From: Lama guanicoe
Lineage: Eukaryota
NCBI GenBank assembly: GCA_013239625.1
Contig: MU053934.1
Span: 2,622,399 to 2,686,398 of the forward strand
DNA length: 64,000 bases
Direction: 5' to 3'
Shown here: piece after piece, positions 24,418 to 38,114 of the stretch
Position numbering within the stretch: the first letter of the stretch is position 1
Layout: every line of letters starts with the position of its first letter
Translations under genes and position numbers: made by a program
The notes under the pieces: generated by a model
The model's database searches: none
Seen by the model: the letters and a program-made list of their open reading frames with translations, nothing else
Told to the model about the DNA's origin: nothing

Positions 24418-27400
24418 TGTATGTGAACATCTCCGATCCTGATCTTCACCTCTTATATTCTTTCCCCCTGTCAACCTCTGTATTTGTAATTCTAGCCTTT
24501 ATAAAGAATAAGAAAGAAAAATAGAAAAAATCGTTTCCTATTTTAAAAATTATTTTAAGAATGTTTATCTGTTTTCTTCATAAGTTCGAAGCTCAAGATC
24601 TGTCTCTCTCTTTCTCTCTCCCTCTCATTCTTTTTCTATTTTTGGTTGTATTTCTGTGACTCTTCCTTTTTTCTTTTTCTTCATTCTTCCAGCATCACTT
24701 GTAGTTGGTTTAGACCTCAGTCTAAAGTAACTGACACAGCACCTGAGAATATTGAAAATGCTTCCCGATGCCCTCATAAAGATACCAGACTCTTTCTGTT
24801 TGGAAACTGCAGGATGAAGAGCAACTAAATTATTTAATCTTTTGTGGGGAAAAAAGTACAATTCTTCATCTAGAGGGAATGTTTCTAAAATGAAAGAAGG
24901 CAGTAATCCAAATCTTTGATCAGCTTCTGGTACCTTAGCACCATGATGTGCACACTGGTGACATCCAGTGAAGGCCTGCTGAATTGAATTTGAGTGTCAG
25001 CTTTTGGACTGGAAAGGAATTAAATCCATAGCCCCTTGGGCCGCCTTTATTCTCAATCTCTTTTTGGGTCATATCCCTAATCTCTCCCACTTCTTCCTTT
25101 CGTCTTTTAGCAAAATTCATGACCCAGATGCTGAAGCAAAATTGACCATTTGGAATCCATTGGGTTGATAGGGTTTAAATTCAAACTCCACCAAATTAGC
25201 CTGAAAAAAAATCACTTAACTTCTTCTGGTTTTAGTTTTCTCATCTTTGTCACAGTAATCACAGCCACACAGGAAATGTTGTGGAAATTGAGTGAAATAA
25301 GGTATATACAGTAGCCCCCAAAGTGGCCAGCCCATGGTAGATGTGTGCTCGGCACATGCATGTTTCGTGTGGAATGTCACTTCCTCCTCTCTCCATGGTG
25401 TGTATTTCTGGTACAGCCAAAGCATGGGCTTTGGCTCTTGGGGCTCAATTCTCCCTCTACCACCAACTTATCTTTACAGTGCTCAGCCCATAGGGGAATC
25501 TGATCATTGAATTAGGGGAATGTGACACAGGCAGGCCAGCAGGCAGTGCTCCCAGGTGAATTTGCTGCCCCTTTACTCACTGCAGGAGCCCTACGACACA
25601 GCCCATCTCCACGGATGGGGATGTTCCCCATGGCTTGGTGATGCTTAGAGAAGAAAGTCCCAGGCTAGAGTAAAGAGGGCAAAGAGGGAGTGTTAAACCT
25701 GACTTTCACCTCTGCACCTGTTAACTGTGTGAATCTGGGCAATTAATCTTTCATCGGCTACATGGAGCTCCTAAAGCAGATTCTACATGTTGGTCTGAGG
25801 ATAAAATAAAAACATTTGGGTGCTCAAATAGGTGTTGCTTTTCTCCTTTCCTTCCCTCTCTATCCTCTCTTTTTGAAGACTTCCTTTGTATGCATTTCCT
25901 CTTCTTCCCAGGTTCTGTGATAACAGATTTTGAGAAATGCTGGTGGCTCACACATGGCTTGTATGCAACCTGCAGTCGTTAGGAGACTGGCCACTAAAAA
26001 ATCCAATAAGTGATAAATGTTTGATTACATAAATCAGGACAACCACACAATGATTGGGGATCATTAAACTGTGAGATCCAATGAAGCCAAAATAATAATT
26101 GCATTGAAAGTGGACAGATACACCCTCTGATTTGTTTGAAAATACTACCCTAGTTTATCATTGATGCTCAATCATGCAATTATTAAAAAGAAGACCTCCA
26201 AAGTGACAATACTAATAATGGTGATAAATCTTCCCGACATGGAGGGCTCTCATTTTGTTTTAATTGAAGGGAAGCTATGAAAGTGTTTTCCCTCATTTGA
26301 AAAAAAATCTTCCTTTTTTCTCAGACCATCTGTCTGGCTATTAAAATCCCATCAGCTTCATTGCGAGAACACTTACTTCCCCCACGCCTGCCATCCCAAA
26401 GGGGGCTCTTAGAGCCAACTAGTCCATGATCGCTCAGGCCCCTCCGAAGGGGAGGCATGCTGCTCCCGACTCTTTCTTTGAGGCCTCCTGCCTTTCTTTC
26501 CTGGTCTCTCCATTCACGGTTGCACAGACCCTGTGATTCATTTCCAGGCCCTCACATTAATGCCCAGAAATTAGTTTATATCTTTAATAAATGTGTTACT
26601 TCATTCAACTGTTTAAGAAATCACTGTCTCTTCTCAGTAGTCTAAGCTCTAAAGAGACAGTGCTGGATCTTCCTGATAAACAGGCTCGGGGTGAAGTTCA
26701 ACACTTCAAGTTCAGAGCGTGCTTCCTAGGTGAGGGGCGTGAAGCCCACCAAACAAAGTGATTGAGTCAGGACCAAAGGTAAGGAAGGAGATACTGGTGT
26801 TCCCTGCTCTGACCCCACATCTGGGTTCCTGACCCTTGAGACTCTTCTGATCACATTATTTCAAACCCATCCTATATGCTCCCAAATCCTTTCTGCCACT
26901 GCTGTCATGAGACAGTTATCATTGTTATTAAAAGGTTGAATTTCCTCTTCCCTGCTACCCCCGGTCACAATCATTACTGAGAAATCTCATAGTGCCTCTT
27001 CACACGAGGGGCAAATCCCTCTATGTTTAAAAGACTCTAGCATAAAGAAAGAAATCCCTTCACCTCTGGTAGATGCAGAGGGAAGAGCTAATTCCTCTCA
27101 CTCTGGTGGTCTTGTGGGGGGCATCTCCTGAAGACCCTGCAGGAAGACAAAGGGAAGACCCACTAGCTCAAGCCAGCGTGTCAACAAGGGAAGCGAGTTC
27201 ATGGCCCCTCTCTCTGTGGACTGTAACCCGCACCACTCTCCTTTCTAGAGGGAAAAATGGGTCAAATTGTAACAAAGAGCTAAGGGTTCCTGATGCCACC
27301 GAACGGCTCTTGTAGTTCAAGCAATTTCTAAGGATTGGCCTCTGACCTTCTCTTCGCTTTCCATCATACTGCCCCTTTATCATCTAAAGAAAAAAGCTGA

Positions 27401-27494
27401 TGAGTAATGGGGATGGATGGACACTCGTCTCTCCCTCTTTCAAAGCCGGTGGAAGGTTGATTAGTCACAATGTGCTCTTGCAAAGTGAGTGGTG

Positions 27495-27760
27495 GGCTAT
27501 TTTGGTATCCGAGATGAACTTAGTTGGTATAGGGGTGAACACTTAAACAAATTTAATCTGAGTATTTTTAATGTGTGTCACAAATGTAACTAGAGCATTA
27601 AACCAGGGATTCCTTAGATATTATTGCTTAGGATGAAGCTAAAATTGAGATCGATTTAAAAATAGGTGTTTGATTAATAACAATATAGGTGGTAACTGGA
27701 TATGGCAAAAATAATGCAGGTGGTACCCAAAATACTGAAGGATGGGGAATCTTGATTTAA
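27495..27760 (-). mobile_element. MER112-like hAT-Charlie DNA transposon remnant
   Basis: gatattattgcttaggatgaagctaaa and ggatatggcaaaaataatgcaggtggtac...actgaag motifs recalled from this family. Confidence 0.5.
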
Positions 27761-29834
27761 AACAACATCAATCATCTTTTGAGCCCCTATTCTGTGTGCA
27801 AATCCCTTATGCAGATTATTTTAACTTTTATAACACATTGCTTGCTCAGCATTATTATTCGTGTTGCAGACAAGAAATGGCCTTTCAGTGAGATTAGCCA
27901 CCCTGCCTGAGGTTCCAGGGCTAATCAGGATTCAAACCCAGGCCCGTCTGATGCCCAAACAGGGCTCTTTCTGCTGGATCCTGCTGCTGAATCCATCTGG
28001 GAAGAAACTAGGGCAGGAAGTGGTTGGGTTCTAAGGAAAATCTATGGTCCTGGGCTGCTCCAGTGTGTGGTCCTGTCATCTGGTCTGGAATTTTAGCCTG
28101 AGCCCTGGCCACAGGGTCTGTGGCTTCATCATTCACTCCACAAGTATTTATGCCCTGCCCGGTGGTTCTCTCTGCTCTCCGAGTCTCAGCGAGTTCTCCT
28201 TCTGCAGTGTTTCTGGAGCTGGAAAGGGTGTCTGTCCCTGCCTGGGGAGAGGCAGGCCCCTCCCCGCTTTCTGTGCTGCTCCCCTTCCCTCTGACCAGCT
28301 GTCCTGGACTCTCTGGCCCCCATGTTCCATCTGCTCCAAGAGCAGACAGACCTCCGTGCCCAGGTCACCTCTGCCCATCCTTTCCATGCTCTCGCCCCTC
28401 CCCCATCAACCTCGTTGTGCTGAGCTTCTGCCTCCCATCATCCCTCCCGTCCCTGTCTCCTCCTCTCCCTTGGCTTGAAAAGCCACTGACTTAGGCATGG
28501 GGTGGGGGGTGGGTTCCTTTTCCCCTACATCAATCCCTCTTTCCCTCACATCAGCTGCCCCACCCATTCTGTCTCTGGTCACGTCCTTGTAGCCCTGGCA
28601 CCAGGTACCATGGCCGCGGAGGTCTGTTGGGAAGCCTGAAAGGCACAGTGCTCTCAAGCTGGAGGGGAAGCCCTTTGAAACAGACCTTCCGGGTTCTCAT
28701 GTTCTCCTGTGAACTCGGTCCCTGGGGGAGGGGCTCGCTATTCCAGGACTGAAGGCGGGAGAGTCGCCTCTTCTCTGAGCTGCTACTTCTATGGCAAGCC
28801 AAGACTCCAATTTATTCCTCCCTCCCTCCATCTGTCCTTCTATCCTTTCTTCCTGTCCTCGTTTTCTTCCTTTTTTCATGGAAAGATTTTTCTGAGAGCC
28901 CACCATGTGCCAGACACTGCCTTAGCTGCTTCATTGCAACTGGTCAATCCCCCATTTCTCAACCAAGTGCCTGTGTGTGCCAGGCACCACGCCAGGCAAG
29001 GGGCACAGAGGCCAACCTGACACCGTCATGTTTCAGGACCCTTACTGTCTGGTTGGGGGAACAAGGACTTGAAAACAGAGAGGTATGGGAGAGTACACAG
29101 ATCTCTGTGCATGTCTGAACTGGCAGGGGAGTAAATCCTGGCCAGTGGTGCTCCTTTGGCATTGCAGTCCGTGGGAAAAAGGCGAGGGTTGCCACGTGGC
29201 TTCTGGCTTTGATCAGCCCCCATCCCTCCCTTCACTGTATCAGAATGAAAACTGGAATGCCAAGATGATAGAAACTGTTTCCTGCCACAACCCACCCCAG
29301 ATATAAATCTCTAAGTAGAATCTCCTGGTCATACAGAAAATCCCAAAGGGGAAAATAATCTCCATTTTTCAGCACTATTTGGGAATTCTCTTTTGCCAAA
29401 TCCCACTGCCCTTTCATGGGACTTTGTGGGACAGATAGAGAAGCCCAGAGCTTATCCAATGGTGCAAGCAGGGATGTAAGCTGGGAGGAAGAAGGATGAA
29501 GAGATTCTGGAGTGAAGTTGGCCAGGCCTCCTAAACATGGGGTTGCATCTGCCCTGAAGAGGTAGCAGCAGAGTGTGCGGTCCAGAGGGGACTGTTGGTG
29601 CACTGGAACGGCCAGATCCCTTCAGTTGCACAAGCATCACTCACCTCCTATGTTGTGCCAGGCACTGTGTGAGGTGCTGGAAGCTAAATGCTAGACTGGG
29701 ACCAAGGTATGTGGGCTCTAGACCCAGCACTGTTGCAAGCTGGCTCCATGGTGCCAGGTCCCTTCCCTCTCTGGACCTCACGTTCTTGGATTATAAGGTG
29801 AAGGTCTGGACCAGGTGAGGTTCCTGGATACATC

Positions 29835-30335
29835 TCTAGTTGCCTTCCTTCTTTCCTTCCCTTGTAGCAATAGAATCTCTCATTTTTTACCAAGCAGGTG
29901 TCTATCTGGAATAACAGTTATGTTTCCAGACTTCCTTCTAGCTAATATGTGGTCACATGACAAACTTCTGGCCAATGAGACCGAAGCAAAAATGTTGTGC
30001 AATATCTTCCAGGAAACCTCCTTAAGAGCCATGCAACAGGTGCCTTTTGCCTTTGTGTCTTTGTGCCATTCTCCACCTTGATGCATGGAGCGTGAAGGCA
30101 GTGGCTGGAGCTCTGGCAGCCACTTTGTACTGTGAGGTCAAAGGCCACACTCTACAGATGGTGGGGCAGGTTGCTGGTAGGAGCCTGAACTGCTAACCAG
30201 TTTGTGGAGCCTCCAGACCAGCCTTATATTTCATGTCTCCAGATTAGTCTACTTGAGAGAGAATAAACTTTTTGTTGAATAAGCCACTGTTAATTTTTTT
30301 TTTTCCTGTTGCTTATAGTCAAATCTAATCCTGAT
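29835..30335 (+). mobile_element. MLT1 (J/I-like) ERVL-MaLR solo LTR
   Basis: tgtggtcacatgac...ttctggccaatgag...gcagccact...gagagagaataaac...taagccactg. Confidence 0.7.
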
Positions 30336-30411
30336 ATAAGCTCTAAAATCCCTTCCAGGGAAAAGATTCTAAGCTTGTGACAGTAGGGGAGTTCTTTAAG
30401 CACTCATTCCC

Positions 30412-30905
30412 TGTGCTTGACAGAATAGTGACCTGCCAAAGATGTACAGGTTCCAATTCCTGTAACCTGTGAATATGTTTCATATAGTAAGAGGCAATCA
30501 AAGTTGCATACGGAATTAAAGGTGCTAATCAGCTGACCTTAACATAGATAATCCTGGATTACCCAGGAGTCCCTATAGTCACAAAAGTCCTTAGAAATGG
30601 AGGAGGGAGGCAGAAGAATCAGCATCAGAGGATTGCACCATGAGAAAGACTCGGTCTGACTTTGTTGGGTTTGAAGATGGAGGAAGGGGCCACTGACCAA
30701 GGAATGTGGGCGGCCTCTAGAAGCTGGATAAGGCATGGAAACAGCTTTTCCCTTAGAGCCCCCAGAAGGAACAGAGCCCTGCTGACACCTTGATTCTAGC
30801 CCACAGAGACCTATTCCAGACTTCTGACCTACAGAACTGTAAGACAATAAGTCTGTGTCATTTTCGGCCACTAATTTGTGATCATTTGTTACAGCAGCGA
30901 ATGCA
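30412..30905 (+). mobile_element. MLT1D-like ERVL-MaLR solo LTR
   Basis: acctgtgaatatgtt...gctaatcagctgacctt...ccaaggaatgtgggcggcctctagaagctgg...gctgacaccttgatt...cttctgacctacagaactgtaaga...tttgttacagcagc. Confidence 0.88.
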
Positions 30906-31322
30906 CGTGTGGAATGCCGGAAATGAATACACAGCCCCTGGTTTCTTACTAGCAAAGTGACACCATACTACCCCCACGTTATACAGTGCTATGTGGCTTG
31001 AGGAAGGTGACACATGAGTGGTCCCTAGGACGGGCCCAACACACAGGAGACTTTCAAACACATTAGTTCTTAGGGAAAATCATCCCTTCCTCTTACACCT
31101 CTAGTCAATCACCTTTAGCCATTAATGCCAATATTAGCTGAAATACACTGATATGAAGTGCGCAGGGCTGAAATGATGGCTTTTCCAAATTCAGGCACTC
31201 TGAATTTACTCGGTGCCTAGGAGGAAGGTGGTCATCATCTTCTTAGAGTTGAGGAAACAGGGCCAGTCTGCCAGTGGCAGAGGTAGGATTTAGCTCCGTG
31301 TTCATCAGAGCCCACTGCTCCA

Positions 31323-31476
31323 AAGGCTTGCTTCTCAAAGTGTGGTATCAGCCCCACCTGAGAACCAGAAACACAGATCTGCCCCAACTTGGACCTCCAC
31401 ATCAGCATCTGCAGTTCAGCAAGATAGATCCCTAAGGGATCAGTGTGCACACCGAAATTTGAGAAGTACTGCTTTA
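31323..31476. mobile_element. MER5A-like hAT-Charlie DNA transposon
   Basis: Inverted termini cttctcaaagtgtgg ... aaatttgagaagtactg. Confidence 0.7.
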
Positions 31477-34400
31477 GACCCAGAAGTGCTCCGTTCTCTC
31501 CTTGCCCTTACTCTTTAAGAGGAAGCCTCAGTTGATTTAATTTCTTTCATCTGCTTTGGGCCTTTCTCCTCTGTTCTATTTGGCAAACTCCTGTTCATCC
31601 TCCAAAACCCACTGCAGAGGGCACTTCCTTAGGACCCCTTCCCCACCTCCCCAAATAGAGTTGCTCTTTTGTCTGGCCCTGACACAGACCTTCACAGTGC
31701 CTGAGATCACTGGTAATGATCTCAGTACATGCCTGTCCCTTCTATGCCTCAATCTTTTTCAGAGCAGGGATATGTCTTCTGTCATCCAATCAACATTGAC
31801 TAAGCACCTCGTAGGTGCCAGGTGCTGATCTTAGTCCTGGGCTTTGGAGTAAATAGGGCTGAAAAGGGTCCTGGTTTCATAGACCTTATATTCTGGTTGG
31901 AAGAGAAATAATATATACTGTAGGCAAATTCAGGGAACGTAAACTGTGAGGAAGAAAATAAAATAGACAAGAGAGACTGGGAACACGTTGGGTACTGTTA
32001 GCGGAGGGGATCAGGCAGATCACCCCCCATAGGAGCTGACTTGTTTCTGTGCCTCACGAATTAACACGGGGCCCAACATATCAAACATACAAAAACTGTC
32101 AGATTGGATCAGATCTGACACCCAGATCAAACTGCGTGTCTTTAAGTTCACGTCCTTTCAGAGATATTGCTAGGCATTTTTTTTCCTACCAAGAAACTCG
32201 TGAAATTCCCTTCTTCTCTATGAAGTCTCCTTTAATAGGAGGTAAAAATTTTAAGTGGCGAATCTCACCTTCTCCAGAAATACCCCCGCCTCTCTCTCTC
32301 TGGCCAGCACAAACAACGTAGACTGTCTCCCTGGCGTCTGCCATTTAGTTATTGAATAAAGCCCACCACGTGATCGGCACAACAGGGTGCACTTTCCGAA
32401 CTGGGGTCAAGGTCAGAAAATGTCAGCCTCGGAAAAAAAGAAGCTGTGAGGGTGGCACAAAAAGGGCAAGAGCCTCTCATTTTAAAAGTAACAACTTACC
32501 CTAGAAATGCTGAGTAAAAGGGAGTAGATGAGGATCGCCTTCCACCTGAACCTTATCAGCAAGCACTGCCCAGAATGCTGAACGTTGATGCATTTATTTC
32601 CAGATGCATGGCTTTATTCACTCTGTGAGCTGCGCCGCTCCGCCTGGGCTGGTGGTGTTTTGCTTACGTTTTCAGCCCTCAGAAGACAAAGACTCTGCCT
32701 GTAATTTGCCATTGGCAGAGAGGAGCGTTTGCAAACTCGGATGCCTACAGAGGCCAGGGGAAGGCCAGAGGAGCCCAGCAGCCTCAAAAGACACTCGGGA
32801 GCTTTGGAGACTTCCCAAGCCAGAAGGGGGCCCAGGGTTACAAAAATCTGACATTTTTTTCCCCCAAGGGAAGCCAAAGACAGGGCTTTTATAGGAAAAT
32901 TCTCAATTTGTAGAACATTTGAGCACCAAACATAACTCGCTTGCAGGTCCCCGTGGGCAACTGTTGGTATGATCAGTAGTACCCCCCCCCCCCGGTAATA
33001 ACAGCGCCTGACATTTACTGAGTTTTTATTACGGACCGGCATCTTGCTAAGCACTTTGCACGGAGCATCTTACTAAAATATCACAATCAATTCATGTGTG
33101 AGATACACTTTCCCCCATTTACACCCAGAGAAATCAACTTAGAAAGGTGAAACTCCTTGTCCAAAGCCACAAAGCTGGTAAGGAATCAAGGGGTGGGGGT
33201 GGGGGGGCGGGATTTGAACCCTGTCTGTCCGATGCCAGAGCTGACCCGAACTCCAGGCCTGGTTAGAACATGCACATTTTCATTATGATGATGCTGGGGA
33301 AAATCTGAAATTAAGTATGCATCATAATCTCATGCAAAGTTTTTTTCCCTACATTCATTCATTCAACAGTGACTGAGCACCTACTATGTGCCAAGCACTG
33401 GGCAAAGCTCTGGAGACACAGGTGTGGCATCACTCTATCCAAGATTAAAGGCAGCATCTTCTTCCTGCAAATTTCTCCTGTTTGACCTGTCTCAGTGGAG
33501 GTCACTCACCGTCACTCCTTACTCGACACAAGCAACCATCCCAGGTCCTGTGGACCCTCTGATGTCTGTTCTTCTGCTTGACAGCCCCATTGCCCCTGCC
33601 CTGGCTCAGCTGTCTCATCACTCGTTGGTCTCTGCGATCATCTCCTTCCTGGACTCCCTGCTCTGTCCTCCTCTTCTTCCCATCTCAACTTCACACGGCT
33701 TCCTGAGCCATCCTCCTAAAATGCAAACCTGATCCTATCATTTCCTTCTCAAAATTCTCCTCTTTGGCTTCTTTATATGTGAACGATCTCTGTCTAATTT
33801 CATTCCTCAGTATTCATACCTTCCCTTACCTCTCCTCCCACACCTGGTCCTCCAGCAATACTAGAACCCTTCTGTGGTCCCCCAAACACCCCGTGCCCTC
33901 TCACACCTCTTTCTGGAACAACCTCTCCACCCCTGTGTGTGCTTGCCTGTGTCCCCATCGCTCCTAGAGGGCAGGGTCCCGGAGCCTAGGGCGGTCACTG
34001 GTGCACAGCAGTAACTGAGTACATTTTGTTGAAGAAATGGACCAGGGAACTCGTGGTCTGGAGGTGGAGGCAGAAATGGAAACAGGCAACAGAGAAGATG
34101 GAAGATGCTGTGTTGGAGGCATGCATAGATGCTGTGGAAGGAAAGAGGGAGGAAACAGGGTGGGAGGTGGCAGAACTGTTAGGGGAAGTGACAACTTAGC
34201 TGAGTCCTGAAGACAAGTGGAATGCGGTTGGGGTGGACCTCTAGGCAGACGGCCAGGGAGAGGGAATCTCATGTCTTTACGTCCTCCCCCCCACAAACTG
34301 CAAAGAGAGGGCTGCTCATGCACACTGAGGCATCCTTCTGTTTTCAAAGCCAAAGGGAAAACCTGACAACCCCTCCACTTTTCCCTACTCTGCCTTGAGT

Positions 34401-34559
34401 AAAGACCATATCCTAATTTAAGCTTCAAAGTTTGGAATTCTTAATCATGCACAGAGTACAAACAGCACTTTCTGCTCAGCCTTGTCTTCAACTTCTCAAA
34501 GAAATGTATTTATAGATTTGGGGGCCAAGGGGAAGGTGTAAATATAATTCACATAATAG

Positions 34560-34797
34560 AAGGTTGTGCTCAGGTTTTGGGGTTGGACAGGCTTGAATCA
34601 GAATCCCAGCTCTGCCACTTGCTGTGTGACCTTGGGTAAGTTGCTTAACTTCTCTGAGCCTCTTAAGATGAAGATAATGGGTATCACGGCACATACCTTC
34701 AAAATTGTGAAGATTAAATAAGAGCTAATCTCTTGAAAGCATCTAAACAATGCTCAGCTCAAAGGAAAGTCTCAATGAGTGAATTGTTATTATTATT
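34560..34797 (+). mobile_element. MIR SINE
   Basis: aatcccagctctgccacttgctgtgtgaccttgggtaagttgcttaacttctctgagcctc. Confidence 0.85.
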
Positions 34798-36571
34798 GTT
34801 CTTATTGGTGTTAATGCCAGAATAGTCGTTTTTCAAAATAACCTTTGCAAAATACGTTGGAGGAAAATTCAGGAACAGAGTTCTGTCTTAGGGAAAAGTC
34901 AAGAAGTATAAATAAGACGACTTGTGCAGACAGAGATCCAGGTTGAGGGAAAAACATGGCAGAAAAGAATGAATGACTTTACACAGAGAAAGTGAGAGAG
35001 GAGAGCATGGGGACAAAGCTGGGACAAAGAAAGGTCTAGGGTTCAGGAACAGCCAGTCGTCAGTAACTTTTGCCCCAAGGCAAGGCCGGGGAGAGGCTGG
35101 CCCTGGGATGTGTAAACTGCACGGTGAACGCAGCAGCAAAGCAAGGTGCTGATCCCTTAGCAACCATACACCTGGGATCTCGTACCTAATCCTTTGCATC
35201 CTTGTGAGCAGCTGGAAGACTCCCCAAAGTCAAGGAAGTTCAGGGAAGAGTGAATAAATACAGTGTCAATAAGGAAAAAGGGGAGGCAGCTCCTCAGAGG
35301 CTGACCCAGGGCTAAGTCAGTACCTCCGGGCCAGGCGATAACGTACAAGGATTTGGATTGCGAGCAAAGGGGACAGCTGCCCAGGAGGGAACAGGCTCGC
35401 GGCGGCTTATCAGCTTCCTGAAGCTTTGTGGCAAAGCTGTGGCCCAGGAGGCACCCAGAGAGCATCCCAGATTGCGGGGTGTTAGGGAAACCCCAGCCTC
35501 TTCTCAAGTGTCTTTCTGCTGCAGTTCCAGCCAAACCTGAGAGGGACAATGGATCAAGAGGAAGCTTGGAGTTTTTGTTGAAAAGCCCACCTCCCTGCCT
35601 CCACAGCTGGGACTTCCTTGAGGGCAGGCATCATTTCCCTAGTCATTTACTCAACATTTAGCTCCTAAGCACACTTTCATTGCTAAGGCCAACACAGCCT
35701 CTGGCCTCTACTCATGGTCTCCTAGCCGGACACAGATCATAAACAAGTAAAAAGAAAAAAGTCAATGTTAAAATGTTAGAGAAGGAAATAAAATTGGATA
35801 ATGGGACAGGAGGCTACTTTAGACAGGCTGGTCAGGAAGGCTCCCCCCTCACACCTTCCCACTTAAGTCTCACCCACTCCGATCACATCCATTAGGGTCT
35901 CTGAACATCCAGTGATCTCACTAGTGGGCAAAGCCAGTTGCGACCCTCCACTGCTTACCACTTCTACAGGCCTCCCTTTTTTTCCATGCTGAAACACAAA
36001 CTGTCCCGTGAGCCATTTCTGTCCCTTTGGAATCACATCTCCACTGCCTCCCACACTGTGCCTTCCCTGTCTTCTACCTTCCAGCCACACTGAACCATTG
36101 GCATGGCCGCTCGGGCATCTATGTTTCTGCACATGTTGTTCCTTCTGTCTGAAGTGCGCTTCCTCTCCCTAACTTGCTCACTCCTACACATCCTTCAGAA
36201 CCCCATCTTCCCTGGCATCCCCTCCTCCCCCGTCTCTGTGCTCCCAGAATCCCCTGTGCTTCTGATTCATGCTGTGCCATCATCATCGTCTGTTCACTGG
36301 CATGTTTTCTCTACTAGACTAGAGGTTTCTTGAGGAGAGACTGAGATTTTGACTCTCTTAGACTCTCACACAGCACCTGGCAAGTAGTCGGGGAAGAGCT
36401 GTGGAACAAAGATCAACTATCACCCTTTTCCTCATCAAGAAAAGCGCTCATAAGACCACATGCTTCTCTGTGCTGCTTCCTGAGTTATGGGACAGGCACT
36501 ACTGCACAATGAGAAATTCCCTGGGCTCTCTCAGCACCTCGCCTGCATTTCTCTCTGCCAGCAAGACAGCT

Positions 36572-36738
36572 TACCATCTTCCTTTGATTCTGAGGCATAT
36601 GTTTTAAGTTTCAAAGGTTTCTGAAATTACAGTGTTTTACAGCTGATGTGTACATTAAATTTGTGTTCCCCTCCCTTGAAAGCTCTTCAAGGAGATAGTT
36701 CATTTTTGTAATTGATGGCGTCAGAACTAAGAGAAGAT
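36572..36738. mobile_element. MER104-like TcMar DNA transposon remnant
   Basis: taccatcttcctttgattct...tttctgaaatt...tttacagctgatg...aattgatggcgtc. Confidence 0.45.
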
Positions 36739-38040
36739 GAAACTGGGAGATGAGAGCCCTTTAGATACCTAGGAGAAAGGGCCAGGACTCTGGCGAGGTC
36801 ATAGAGCTCACTGACGATTCCATAACAGGCATTTCTTGGCCTTGGGAGCACAGTTCGCATCTCTCTATTCTCATTCCTATTTTCAAAAAACCTGGTGGAT
36901 TTGACTGAGCCTCATTCTAATTCCAGCTCAAATCCTTGATGATCCTAACTGATTGTAAGAGCCGCCTGGAATCTCTCTAAGTTTGTGGCAGGGTGATAAG
37001 GAGAGATGGCAGCAGGCGATGTCAGGTGTCTTGCATGGAGTGGAGTCATTTTGTGAGATGCCTGTTCTTTGGGATTCCCTGCTGGGACTCACCTGGACAG
37101 TCCTGAGGGAGGGTGAGGCTTATTCACCACTGCCTCCCGATGTTTAGTGCAGGATTGGCACCAATCGTCAACACCTCCACTGAATTTTGTTGATTGGAGC
37201 TAAACCAATCTATTTCCTCCCTTCTCTGCACTGTCATGGTAAGTCTTGAGGCCAAAGTGACCACCAGTCTCAGATCTGGGAGGAAGTAGGAAGAGCACGA
37301 CAAAGAAGAAAAGGGGAGTGCCCCTAGGGGCAGGCGTTATCAGGTCCATTAGATAGATGAGGCACAGAGACAGAATTAACCAGCTCAAGGTCACACAGCT
37401 TATAAGAAAGAAGCCAGAAGTCAAAGAAGAAAACTTTATCAAGACTAACAAAGTCCACACCTTTGAGTCCTAACTACTTCTGCTTCAGCCTCCATCCAGC
37501 ATCATCCCCCCACCAGGTATTCCCCCAATCTGGGTCCTCCGGCCACCCTGGCCTCCTCCCATTACTTGCCCCTTCTCTTCCACACTGGCTCTGCGCCTGC
37601 TGCCCTCCAACCTAGAATGTTCCTTCTTCTTCTGTTTACCCAGTTTACTTCTACGCATGCTTCAGATACCTCTTCACCTCTCACCTCCTCAGGGAAGCCT
37701 TCTCTGATTAGAATGGCCTTAGTATCATAAACTCACAGTCCCATGTGACCGGCCTTGAGTCTTATAATAGTTATAACTTATGTATACTTTGGAGAACGCT
37801 TTGAAGTAGGATCTGTCTTCCCCAGAATGCTCTAGGGACCCTGAAGGCAGTGACCCTGAAGGAAGCGACTTCCTACCACGACCCCAATCCTTGGCCCAGC
37901 ACCTGGCACGTTGCAGGGACTCATCAAAGATTTAACAAACAAAATAAACAAGTGATGGAATTGCTTGATCTGTGGCTATAAACTAATCTGGAAACTAAAA
38001 ATGCATATTTCATCTGAATAAGGGTTTTGGGGCCAAAATA

Positions 38041-38057
38041 TTTATATATATATAATA

Positions 38058-38090
<33 letters not shown>

Positions 38091-38114
38091 AATATATATA
38101 AAATATATATATTT
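38041..38114. repeat. (TA)n AT-only microsatellite
   Basis: Read directly. Confidence 0.95.

Noticed and set aside
24145..24474. His-rich and Thr/Val-rich ORFs
   Set aside because: Products of the CAC/CAT low-complexity repeat; no splice or homology support.
30539..30955. 138-aa ORF
   Set aside because: Antisense reading of an MLT1 LTR.
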